A program made the translations under genes and the position numbers. A stretch of DNA of 64,000 nt, from the IMG/VR virus record IMGVR_UViG_3300032245_001860, positions 251,853 through 315,852 of that record; one strand, given 5' to 3'. Each line of letters starts with the position of its first letter. Positions within the stretch are counted from its first letter, which is position 1. The notes under the pieces were generated by a model. The model was not told the origin of the DNA. It ran no database searches and saw nothing but the letters and a program-made list of their open reading frames with translations. Positions 42,617 to 51,355 of this stretch are shown in pieces.

Positions 42617-42987
42617 CCACAACCCCCGCAAGTGTCGTACTCTTCTCCTTCTATAGAGAAACTTTTGTTACATCCACAAGTTTTTGCAGCGTTTGGATTT
42701 TCTACCTTAAATCCAGATTGCATTCCATTTTCTTGATAATCTATAACACATCCATTGACATATTTTGCTGAACTATATTCTACTGCAATTTTTATATCTT
42801 TATCATAAACTATAATGTCATCGATTTCAGGCTCACCTTCTGCTAAAGCAAGTCCATATTGTAATCCTGAACATCCTCCACCAGACACATAAAAAGCAAG
42901 ATAAGCATCAGAAACAGATTGATCTTCTATAGTGTTCAAAATAATTTTAGCTGCAGTTTCAGTTAAAGAAATATTTAAATCATTCAT
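42607..42987 (-). CDS. iscA: A-type Fe-S cluster carrier (HesB/IscA/ErpA)
   Basis: GGGCSGLQY, GFKVENPNA, CGCNKSF. Confidence 0.92.
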   Translation of the reverse strand: MNDLNISLTETAAKIILNTIEDQSVSDAYLAFYVSGGGCSGLQYGLALAEGEPEIDDIIVYDKDIKIAVEYSSAKYVNGCVIDYQENGMQSGFKVENPNAAKTCGCNKSFSIEGEEYDTCGGCGYK

Positions 42988-42989
42988 AT

Positions 42990-43865
42990 TTACCTCAAAA
43001 TTTCAAACCTTGTTGCATGTATTACTGGTCTCACTAAAACTAAATCAAGTGCTGTGTCAACTAAAACTTGAGCAGTAATATCAGTTTCAGGCTCTACAGA
43101 ATCAGTATGCACTATTAAACCCTTTTTATGTTCTCCAACCACAATCTTTTGAGCAAAATATAACAGTGAAGCTTCTTTACTCTCAGCAATCTGAAATTTT
43201 TTCAACCAAGAGCTGACCCAATCTTGCTCAACAATGCTATTATTCTTTTTAACAACCCAGTTTTCTGGGTGTAATAATGCTAAATCATATCTTGTCGAAA
43301 GTGATTTTACATCTTCCATGTCATCAGCATTTGTAGCTTTTATGCAAAGTTCACCATCAAAGTTATCAATTAAAGTCTTTGTAACTTTTAATGGTTCTTC
43401 AATTTTAACATGGTAATCATGAAGCATTTCATTGAGTAATGTTTCAGCTTTGCCATAATTTTCATTTTGCAAAGCATCATCAAGCTCATAATGAATATCT
43501 AAAGTGGAAGCTAATTTCTTTAGATAATCTATAACTTCTTCTTCAGAAAGTAAAATTATATCTGTATCTTGAGTTCTTGCTAATTTTGGTTCTATAATTC
43601 TAAATTTGAATAAATCTTCAATGATAATTTTATAATAGCCCCAAGCTTGATGGTTGATATTTAGGAAACATTCATGTATGAGATTTCCATTTGACCCAAA
43701 AACATCTGTTGGTATAATTTGCATAAATGAATTTTGTTCTGGATCTACTAAGCCAAGAGAAGTTGTTTCAGTTCCTAATCTCATAGCACATCGAACAATA
43801 TCTTGATTATCTTCAACCCAAATGGCAATTCCTGCTTCTAAGGCATATTCTGGTGTTTTTTCCAT
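42990..43865 (-). CDS. Hypothetical protein
   Basis: 291-aa ORF with TATAAT 6 nt upstream of ATG. Confidence 0.7.
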   Translation of the reverse strand: MEKTPEYALEAGIAIWVEDNQDIVRCAMRLGTETTSLGLVDPEQNSFMQIIPTDVFGSNGNLIHECFLNINHQAWGYYKIIIEDLFKFRIIEPKLARTQDTDIILLSEEEVIDYLKKLASTLDIHYELDDALQNENYGKAETLLNEMLHDYHVKIEEPLKVTKTLIDNFDGELCIKATNADDMEDVKSLSTRYDLALLHPENWVVKKNNSIVEQDWVSSWLKKFQIAESKEASLLYFAQKIVVGEHKKGLIVHTDSVEPETDITAQVLVDTALDLVLVRPVIHATRFEILR

Positions 43866-43891
43866 AAAACTATTATACGTTAGAACTCATT

Positions 43892-44611
43892 TTAAATATC
43901 TTTGTGTTCAATGTGCAATTCTTCTATTTTTTTAAGAAATTTGTCTATGGTTCTGATAGATGGGTTTTCAATGGTAATCTCATGTAGATTGGGTTTGTTA
44001 GCTTCTTTATTTAAAACTATAATACTATCGTAATAAACAATCGATTCTAAATTTTTAGTGAAATAAGTATGATCAATTTCTATAGAGTTTCGGGAATTTA
44101 ATTGATCAATAATATTTTTAGTATGTTCAATGAAGCTTTTTGGATTTTTATAACCACCATCATCATAAAATTTAAAATAAGATGTATGGCAATCCTCTAC
44201 AAGATATATTCCATTATCAGATAGTAAATGTTCAAAAGCAAAATTTAAAGTTTGGATTTGATGATTGTTTTTATGACTTCCATCATCAAGAATTACATCA
44301 AATTTGCCATATTTAGCAGCAATTTTTTCAAGAAAATCAATGTCTGATTGATCTCCTATTTCAATTTTGATATTATTTTTTTCAAGATTTTTGCACTCAG
44401 GTTCAATATCTATTCCAAGAATTTGTGAGTTTTCTCCAAAGCAATAAGCCCACATATCTAAAGACCCGCCTTTCCAAACACCAATTTCAAGAAATTTGAT
44501 ATCTTTGTCTACAAATTTTCCAAAGTGTTTATTGTAGATATCTAAGTAATGGGTCCACTTATGAATGCTTCTATGAGTTCTGTTGTAAAAAAAATCTTCA
44601 AACTTATTCAT
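43892..44611 (-). CDS. Class I SAM-dependent methyltransferase of the type found in glycan clusters (start moved to MNKFED)
   Basis: HKWxHY, LEIGVWKGGSL, GIDI, GDQSD, DVILDDGSH, YLVED; TATAAT 7 nt before this ATG. Confidence 0.85.
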   Translation of the reverse strand: MNKFEDFFYNRTHRSIHKWTHYLDIYNKHFGKFVDKDIKFLEIGVWKGGSLDMWAYCFGENSQILGIDIEPECKNLEKNNIKIEIGDQSDIDFLEKIAAKYGKFDVILDDGSHKNNHQIQTLNFAFEHLLSDNGIYLVEDCHTSYFKFYDDGGYKNPKSFIEHTKNIIDQLNSRNSIEIDHTYFTKNLESIVYYDSIIVLNKEANKPNLHEITIENPSIRTIDKFLKKIEELHIEHKDI

Positions 44612-44632
44612 GAAAATAATTATACTGTTAAA

Positions 44633-44664
44633 TGAAAAGGGACAGGATGAGATCAATCCTGTCC
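44633..44664 (-). terminator. Intrinsic terminator ending the ncRNA
   Basis: GGACAGGAT-tgatctc-ATCCTGTCC followed by CTTTTCATTT on the minus strand. Confidence 0.8.
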
Positions 44665-45395
44665 AAGCAGTTTCGTTTACAGGATTACGATACTCGCAAC
44701 TTATATCTTGCCTGTTGATCCACTTAAAAAAGTCAAACTGCACAACCGCCTTATTATACTGGTGGCATTTCCAGTCTTATATTAGGTCTTTTACTGAAAT
44801 TACATAATAAATCGTTAAAATAATAGGTAACAATTTATTTTTTTTACTTGTTGCAAAAGTGTATTTTCATAAGCCAGGTTGTTTATTCCTAATACGAGAT
44901 ATGTCTATTTCTTGGGTAGATAAAGCCGTCAAATCTTCATCTTAACACGCCAGTTGCGCTTGCTTTCGTCATAAGCTATACCCGCTCTCTACAGAAGTGT
45001 GCATATCTTGTTGCTCCTGAATAAGGAATACAACTCACTTCAATGTCTACTGCATCACGAAGCAAGTAGACCTGATTTCAAGATTCTATTAGTTTTGAAA
45101 TTTATAGAAACTAATAAACCTTTAATCATGCTATACAGCCCTTGACCGTGACTTCTCGGACCATATAACTACCTTTATTTTCTTAGACTTTAATGCCGCT
45201 GATTGATACATATATTCAGCGTTTATATGTATGTTTTCATCTCCATCATAGTTCCAGGTTTCGGGCCTGAAACTCACAGAAAACAGGCTTGCTTGAACGA
45301 CCATTACTGGCGGGAGCAGTAGAGAATTGCTTTATCCCTTTTTTATATCTCACGATGTCAAGCCACCGAAATTGTTATTCAATTGTTAAAATACA
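44633..45395 (-). ncRNA. Large (~760 nt) structured ncRNA, GOLLD/ROOL-like size class; family not confirmed
   Basis: No credible ORF; consensus promoter upstream and terminator downstream; many helices. Confidence 0.75.
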
Positions 45396-45401
45396 AATAT
45401 T

Positions 45402-45429
45402 ATTATATTGTTATTGATATTTTTGTCAA
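45402..45429 (-). promoter_or_regulatory. Consensus sigma70 promoter driving the ncRNA
   Basis: TTGACA-N16-TATAAT on the minus strand. Confidence 0.85.
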
Positions 45430-46145
45430 TCACCTTTTGAAGGGTCATATTCAAAAATCAATGGCCATAAATTTTCAAATGTTCCTGACATTCTGATACC
45501 TGTCCCAATTGGATTATTAGCAATCACAATCAATTTATATAAACATGCCCACCATTCGTAAGGCTTATTTATAATCTTTGAAACTGGTACAATATGTTGA
45601 GCTCCAGAACCCCATTGATACGATCTTCCTTTATATGGGATATCCATCATTTTGCAAACAAAAGAAACTAAAGCGAGATCAGTTGCTACAATTTCAGATT
45701 CTTCAATATGATCGTCATAAATTAATGGGCATGTTATTTTTTCTTCTGGGCAAAATATTTTTCTGATTAAAATATTATAAAAACCATTTATGTAAAAATC
45801 ATCATCATTTGCAAATTCAAAAGGATTACAATGTGTGGTTAGAGGCATATAAGTGTCTTTATTAGCATTATTTATTATATCAATTGTATTTGCACAATGG
45901 TCAAATGGGTGTCCTTGTAAAAAAATTACAGTTTCTAATAAATGCAATTGATCATAATTTTCTAAAATACCACGAAGAAATGCTTCTGCTTCTCGCCCAA
46001 TATTAGGAGAATCTATTTTATGAATTTCAGGCCAAAGCCAGTCCTCTCCATGATTATATATAATATAATATGTCTTGAGATTTTTTATCCATTGAATGTC
46101 TTCATCATATCTGCATACTATAGTTAGCTTTTTGTAGTCTTGCAT
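45426..46145 (-). CDS. DUF3431-like putative glycosyltransferase
   Basis: VCRYDE, NIGREAEAF, FLQGHPFDH, GAQHIVP, FENLWP. Confidence 0.8.
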   Translation of the reverse strand: MQDYKKLTIVCRYDEDIQWIKNLKTYYIIYNHGEDWLWPEIHKIDSPNIGREAEAFLRGILENYDQLHLLETVIFLQGHPFDHCANTIDIINNANKDTYMPLTTHCNPFEFANDDDFYINGFYNILIRKIFCPEEKITCPLIYDDHIEESEIVATDLALVSFVCKMMDIPYKGRSYQWGSGAQHIVPVSKIINKPYEWWACLYKLIVIANNPIGTGIRMSGTFENLWPLIFEYDPSKGD

Positions 46146-46191
46146 ATATTTTTTATAAAACAATTGGCATTTGTATTTTGGATATATGAAA

Positions 46192-46605
46192 TTAATTTGC
46201 TTTCCATTTATCCGGAATATATATTTTTACAATATCTGATGACCACTTTTTTCCTTCATCACCACCATATAATCGCCATTCCCAGTAAGTAGGATTTTCA
46301 TCATTTTTAGAGTGGTTGAATCGTTTTTCAAAAGTATATTTATGAATCTTCAATACATCTTTTAATTCAAGGTATGATCTATTTGATAAGTCTCTTGCTA
46401 TATCATAATCTTTTTGAGACCCAAAATTAATCTTTCCTAAGCGTTTTTTGTAAGCTTCTTCTGCTATTTTTCTTATTTCATAAGGAATAAAAATTTTCTT
46501 ATCCATTATTGATTCTTTTGAAGCAAATTTGTTAAAAACTGTATCAGATAATTTAAATAGCTGTTTTGAATCAAGAATTTTGCAGAGGTTTATAATTTTG
46601 TTCAT
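46192..46605 (-). CDS. Hypothetical phage protein with leader motif and W.L[WY]GGD.G..W domain
   Basis: N-terminal IINLCKILDSKQLFKLSD; C-terminal WEWRLYGGDEGKKW. Confidence 0.7.
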   Translation of the reverse strand: MNKIINLCKILDSKQLFKLSDTVFNKFASKESIMDKKIFIPYEIRKIAEEAYKKRLGKINFGSQKDYDIARDLSNRSYLELKDVLKIHKYTFEKRFNHSKNDENPTYWEWRLYGGDEGKKWSSDIVKIYIPDKWKAN

Positions 46606-46653
46606 ACAGTATATATATATAATAAAATAAAAAAATACCTTCGGAGGTACAAA

Positions 46654-47286
46654 ATGCCGATAACACTTTCAGATGCTCTCATATTTACTCTTGCTTGGGA
46701 AGGAGGATTTACTAATCACCCTCTTGACCCTGGTGGAGCTACAAATTTTGGTATCATTCAAACAAGATATGATGAATATCGCAAATTCAAAAAACTGAAA
46801 ACCCAAACAGTAAAGCTTATTACCAAAGAAGAATACACAGAAATTTATGATAAATATTATTGGGATCCAGTAAGAGCTCAATATTTGTTGGGACCTTTAG
46901 GGCTTGCATTATTTGATACAGCAGTAAATTTGGGTGTAGGTGGAGCTCTAAGCAGATTGCAGTCTTCCATGAAATTGCCTGTCACTGGTAAATGGACCCA
47001 AAACATAAGTGACAAAATACATGATGCTAATCAATTGGATATAGCAATCAATATTTGTAAGCTAAGAATAGCAAAAAGATATGCAAGGGTCAAACAAAGA
47101 CCAGATCAAGTTGTCTTCTTAAAAGGATGGCTCAATAGAGATAATGCTTTATTGAGAAAAGTCAAATCTTTAGGTGGAATTTCTGTTTTGTCTATTGAGC
47201 CAGGTTACGATTTTGATTTAGAAGAGATTACTAATGAGTTTAATACAGATCTTCTGAAGGAACTGGAAGCTTTTGATTTGGATTAG
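46654..47286 (+). CDS. Endolysin, glycoside hydrolase family 108 with peptidoglycan-binding tail
   Basis: EGGFTNHPLDPGGATNFGI, FDTAVNLG, FLKGWLNR. Confidence 0.9.
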   Translation: MPITLSDALIFTLAWEGGFTNHPLDPGGATNFGIIQTRYDEYRKFKKLKTQTVKLITKEEYTEIYDKYYWDPVRAQYLLGPLGLALFDTAVNLGVGGALSRLQSSMKLPVTGKWTQNISDKIHDANQLDIAINICKLRIAKRYARVKQRPDQVVFLKGWLNRDNALLRKVKSLGGISVLSIEPGYDFDLEEITNEFNTDLLKELEAFDLD

Positions 47287-47974
47287 GTTGGTGATTCCAA
47301 ATAGATAGCCACACTCTTTCGCAATATGCAGCTATTTCATCACCTGGATTTATAGACTTCCAATCTTTAATCAATGTGTAAAATTCAGTCCACCATTCAA
47401 AATTTTTAGATTTGATATATGATGTGGGCACTATATATTGCGCTCCAGCAGAATAGGTAATTTCCTTAGAAGATAAATCTAATCCTAACATTTGGGCAAA
47501 AAATACAGAAGTGCTAATTTCTAAACCTCTGTCATCATTTAAGTCTATGTCTCCAGACAATTTTGTAAATGTTGCTGAAGGGGCAAATTGCTTTCTGAAA
47601 AGTTTACATATTGTTGCAGCTTCAAAATTAAAGTACGCTCTGTCACTTGGAAGTTTGTAAGTGACCATTGAATTTGCTAAAAATACAATTTCATTTGAAT
47701 TGTATTCGTTTATGGATTCGACTGGGTCATCATCATGGTCAAAAGGATTCCCTTGAATGAAAATAACACAATCATAATCATCCAGCATTTCATAGCATTC
47801 GACAATAGCTCTTGCGTAAGTTTCACACTCTCTGCCATAATTTTCAATATCAACTCTTGGAATATCTTCCCAAGGCCAATTTTCGCCTTTATTATAGATT
47901 AATATATCTCCATCTAATTCTTTAGACCATTCAATGTCCTCATTGTATCTTGCTATAATTGTTAATTTTTTCAT
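47240..47974 (-). CDS. DUF3431-like putative glycosyltransferase
   Basis: IARYNE, NYGRECETY, FIQGNPFDH, GAQYIVP, ERVW; ATGA overlap start. Confidence 0.8.
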   Translation of the reverse strand: MKKLTIIARYNEDIEWSKELDGDILIYNKGENWPWEDIPRVDIENYGRECETYARAIVECYEMLDDYDCVIFIQGNPFDHDDDPVESINEYNSNEIVFLANSMVTYKLPSDRAYFNFEAATICKLFRKQFAPSATFTKLSGDIDLNDDRGLEISTSVFFAQMLGLDLSSKEITYSAGAQYIVPTSYIKSKNFEWWTEFYTLIKDWKSINPGDEIAAYCERVWLSIWNHQPNPNQKLPVPSEDLY

Positions 47975-48684
47975 AAGTCTGAGTGTTGCCAAATTAATGG
48001 CCAAATCCTTTCTAAAATATATGTCCAAGCAATTTCATTCTTTTCTTTGCACAAATAATAAAATAAGTAATGAAGATTTTTCCACCATTCTAATGATTTG
48101 TTGGTAATTAAAAACGAGGGAACTGTGTATTGTGCCCCAACAGCCCAATAATTATCTTTATCTTGATGATCTAATCCCAAGATTGTACACATTGTCACAT
48201 TGTCTAAAAACCAATTTTTATTTGGTTCTTGATTTGTCACAGTGTTAGTATTCAAATCTAATTTTTGATATTTAGGAATAAATTCTTCATTCAAGTGATC
48301 TAAGTTCAGCATGCAATTTATTATGGAAGGATGAATATTGAATATTCTTCTATTGTCATTGTAAATATCTCTATTAATTGAATTAGACAAAGCAAGTATT
48401 TCATTTTTTTCATTATTGTTGATCATTTGAATAATATCTGGGCAATGATCAAAAGGATTTCCTTGCACAAAAGATATCAAATCATAATCTTTGAAAACTT
48501 CATAAAATTCAATAACGGCTCTGACAAAAGTTTCACCTTCTCTGCCATAATTTTCAATGTTTATTCTGGGAATATTTTCATAAGGCCAATCATCACCTTT
48601 ATTATAAATAACAATATCTCCAGACAATTCTTTAGACCATTCAATGTTTTCATTGAATCTTGCAATAATTGTTAGCTTTTTCAT
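47971..48684 (-). CDS. DUF3431-like putative glycosyltransferase
   Basis: IARFNE, NYGREGETF, FVQGNPFDH, GAQY, LERIWP; ATGA overlap start. Confidence 0.8.
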   Translation of the reverse strand: MKKLTIIARFNENIEWSKELSGDIVIYNKGDDWPYENIPRINIENYGREGETFVRAVIEFYEVFKDYDLISFVQGNPFDHCPDIIQMINNNEKNEILALSNSINRDIYNDNRRIFNIHPSIINCMLNLDHLNEEFIPKYQKLDLNTNTVTNQEPNKNWFLDNVTMCTILGLDHQDKDNYWAVGAQYTVPSFLITNKSLEWWKNLHYLFYYLCKEKNEIAWTYILERIWPLIWQHSDL

Positions 48685-49394
48685 AAGTCTTTGTGATCCA
48701 AAATTAGAGGCCAAATACGTTCTAATGCATATGTCCAAGATTCAATTTGTTTATATTTGGAAATATATTCGAAAATCATATGCAAATTTTCCCACCATTG
48801 TTTACTTTTATACTTAATATTTTTTATTGGTACTATATATTGACCACCATTAGCCCATTCAACAATCTTATTTTGATAATCTATATCTAATATAGAGCAC
48901 AATCCCATGGTTTCTTCAAATAAAAAGAAATCTGTGTTTGATTGATTTCTACTTAATTCATTTGGATTGCAGTAATCAATCTTTGATTTGAATGACTTAT
49001 CTTCAATTTGAAGTAAAATATTTATGATTGAAAAATGTTTACCATTGATGAAGTCATCTGACGGGTATTGGTCTTTAGAAACAAAATCAGATATTTTTAC
49101 AATAGAGTTCTTGAATGAAAAATTTATAACTTTTTTGAAATCTTTGCAATGCTCTTGTGGATTACCTTGCAAAAAAACTACATTGTCATAATGGTCTAAA
49201 TTTTCATAAAATTCTATGATAGCCCTGACAAAAGTTTCACCTTCTCGGCCATAGTTTTCAGTATCTATTCTTGGTATATCTTTCCATGGCCAATCTGTGC
49301 CTTTATTATAGATGACAATATCTCCATCTAAATCTCTTGCCCATTTAATATCTTCATTATATCTGGCAACTATAATCAAGTTTTTGGGACTCAT
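48681..49394 (-). CDS. DUF3431-like putative glycosyltransferase
   Basis: VARYNE, NYGREGETF, FLQGNPQEH, GGQY, LERIWP. Confidence 0.8.
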   Translation of the reverse strand: MSPKNLIIVARYNEDIKWARDLDGDIVIYNKGTDWPWKDIPRIDTENYGREGETFVRAIIEFYENLDHYDNVVFLQGNPQEHCKDFKKVINFSFKNSIVKISDFVSKDQYPSDDFINGKHFSIINILLQIEDKSFKSKIDYCNPNELSRNQSNTDFFLFEETMGLCSILDIDYQNKIVEWANGGQYIVPIKNIKYKSKQWWENLHMIFEYISKYKQIESWTYALERIWPLILDHKDL

Positions 49395-49411
49395 GAAATT
49401 ATTTTACAAGA

Positions 49412-49437
49412 AAGGTGACTGTCAATTTATCTGTAAA
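49412..49437 (+). promoter_or_regulatory. Putative phage promoter WAGG-N16/17-TGTAA
   Basis: Same motif at 51903, 52261, 56682 (+) and 63239 (-). Confidence 0.5.
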
Positions 49438-49468
49438 TATATAAGTAACAGTACTCAGGAGTTTTATA

Positions 49469-50002
49469 ATGTCAGAAAAAAGAATTATATTATGCTCACA
49501 ATTGATTGAACAAGCTAATAGTTTTGATTCAAAAGGTGATCATGAAAAAGCAGATCAACTTACAAAAGTAGCCAAACAATTATCTAATAAAGAAATATCA
49601 GTTCGTGAAGCTCTGAATTTTGGAAGAATGTTAGGCGGTCTTACTGGTGGACTTGCTGGGTATGCTTTGGCTCCAATGTTTGCAAGACAAAAGGGTGGAT
49701 TGCAATATTCAATGCAAATTCTTCAAAAGAAATACCCACAATTATATACCCAACTATTACCTGAGTTTACAGCAATACAAAATATTGAAAATTCTATACA
49801 GCCAAGAAAAAATGCTCTTACTACAAAGGTAATGCAAGCAATTCAATCAGGTTCATATACAAACACACCTGTTGCAACTCCTCCTCCTGTACAAGCAACC
49901 ACAACTCCAGCTGCAACCACAACTCCTGCACCAGTAGCAGCTTCTGCTGTAAAAGTCAATCCAGTTGTCACTCCTGCTAATATTGCTGTAACAAAAGGTT
50001 AA
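49469..50002 (+). CDS. Leader-family hypothetical protein
   Basis: LIEQANSFDSKGDHEKADQL...VREA; Pro/Thr/Ala-rich tail. Confidence 0.75.
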   Translation: MSEKRIILCSQLIEQANSFDSKGDHEKADQLTKVAKQLSNKEISVREALNFGRMLGGLTGGLAGYALAPMFARQKGGLQYSMQILQKKYPQLYTQLLPEFTAIQNIENSIQPRKNALTTKVMQAIQSGSYTNTPVATPPPVQATTTPAATTTPAPVAASAVKVNPVVTPANIAVTKG

Positions 50003-50011
50003 GGTAAATTA

Positions 50012-50755
50012 ATGGATAAAGTCGCATTTTGTAAAAATCTTGAAGAAGTTGCAAACAAACTTGATGATTTAGGTCTTCATAAACAAGCAGATATATGTAC
50101 TGAAGACATCAAGAGAGTTGCATCTGGAGAAATGTCAACAAGAGAAGCTTTCATTAAATTAAAACTTCCTAATGTTGGCAAAATGCTTGGTTTAGGAAAT
50201 TTTGAAAAATCTTTTTTGAGACCATTTTACAAACCATTCCTATTGGCAGCTGCTGTTTATTATGGTGGACCTCAATTATTGAAAGCTTTGAAACTTGATC
50301 CAAAAATATTAACAAATCGCCAGCTATTCAATCAGAAATTAACTCAAATGTTTGGCAAGCAAGGGGCTGCAATAGCTGCAAATATAGCCAAAGATGTTCA
50401 AACTAAGATGCAACAAAAAGCTGTTCAATTGGGTGCACAGGCAGTTTCTGGTGTGGCAGGTCAACAATCTGGTGCTGTAGACCCTTCAAGAGCAGCACAA
50501 CAACCTGGACAACAAGCTCAACAACCATCATACACTAACATGCAGATGGATGTTCAACAAGTTTATCAACAATATCTTACAAATAAGAGTCAAACAGCTC
50601 CACAAATGCAAGCGGTTATAAATAATAAGAAAACTGCAATTTACAATTATATGACTGGAACTATGAAAGCTACTCCGCAAGTTGCACAACAACAAGCTAC
50701 TACATTTGAAAAATTAGTAAAATCCTATTTAAATAACGCAGGTTTAAAAATATAA
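50012..50755 (+). CDS. Leader-family hypothetical protein, Gln-rich
   Basis: LEEVANKLDDLGLHKQAD...TREA. Confidence 0.75.
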   Translation: MDKVAFCKNLEEVANKLDDLGLHKQADICTEDIKRVASGEMSTREAFIKLKLPNVGKMLGLGNFEKSFLRPFYKPFLLAAAVYYGGPQLLKALKLDPKILTNRQLFNQKLTQMFGKQGAAIAANIAKDVQTKMQQKAVQLGAQAVSGVAGQQSGAVDPSRAAQQPGQQAQQPSYTNMQMDVQQVYQQYLTNKSQTAPQMQAVINNKKTAIYNYMTGTMKATPQVAQQQATTFEKLVKSYLNNAGLKI

Positions 50756-51321
50756 TGGAAAAAGCATTAGAATATTTAGCAGATTTAGCTAATGAATTAG
50801 ATTCACAAAACGCACATAGATTAGCAGATAGCATTACAGCTCAATTAAAACAAGCATCAAAAGATTGGGACCATGAATACGATATGGTCAGAAATCAAAT
50901 GGAAACAGCTGAAAGAGCTATTGATGGTATTGAAGATGTTATTGGTGAAGATGGTGAAGGCAATTTGATGGCTTGGGTACAGTCAAAGATTACTAACGCT
51001 GTCGAAATGTTAGATGGAGTTTCTGACTATTTACAAAGCCAACATAAAACAGCTTCAGACAAAAATAAAGGTAAGAAATTAGGTAAACCTTTCCGTACTC
51101 CTGGTGGTCCTAAGAAATTTTCTGTTTATGTTAAAAATGACAAAGGCAATGTAGTCAAGGTTAACTTTGGAGATCCTAATATGGAGATCAAGAGAGATGA
51201 CCCAAAAAGAAGAAAAAACTTTAGAGCAAGACACAATTGCGATAATCCAGGACCTCGCACCAAAGCAAAATATTGGTCATGCAAGATGTGGTCAAAAAAG
51301 AATGTATCTGATTTGACTTAG
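50755..51321 (+). CDS. Leader-family protein with basic Cys-containing module
   Basis: LADLANELDSQNAHRLAD; KPFRTPGGPKKF...VNFGD...FRARHNC...YWSCKMW, a module I recognise from large-phage hypothetical proteins. Confidence 0.8.
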   Translation: MEKALEYLADLANELDSQNAHRLADSITAQLKQASKDWDHEYDMVRNQMETAERAIDGIEDVIGEDGEGNLMAWVQSKITNAVEMLDGVSDYLQSQHKTASDKNKGKKLGKPFRTPGGPKKFSVYVKNDKGNVVKVNFGDPNMEIKRDDPKRRKNFRARHNCDNPGPRTKAKYWSCKMWSKKNVSDLT

Positions 51322-51323
51322 AA

Positions 51324-51352
51324 AAAAAAGAGGACTGTAAAGTCCTCTTTTT
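51324..51352. terminator. Bidirectional intrinsic terminator
   Basis: AAAAAGAGGAC-loop-GTCCTCTTTTT between convergent genes. Confidence 0.85.
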
Positions 51353-51355
51353 AGT

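Noticed and set aside
44612-44743. N-terminal 44 aa of the methyltransferase as given in the ORF track
   Set aside because: Runs through the ncRNA 3' domain and terminator; the ATG at 44611 has its own -10 element and matches the family start
44868-44885. RNase P RNA identity for the ncRNA (AACAACCUGGCUUAU resembles its 3' motif)
   Set aside because: No GAGGAAAGUCC partner found; the motif is ~240 nt from the 3' end and the RNA is too long
44633-45395. tmRNA, tRNA cluster or self-splicing intron
   Set aside because: No tRNA-like ends or T-loop recognised and no interrupted host gene; the unit has its own promoter and terminator
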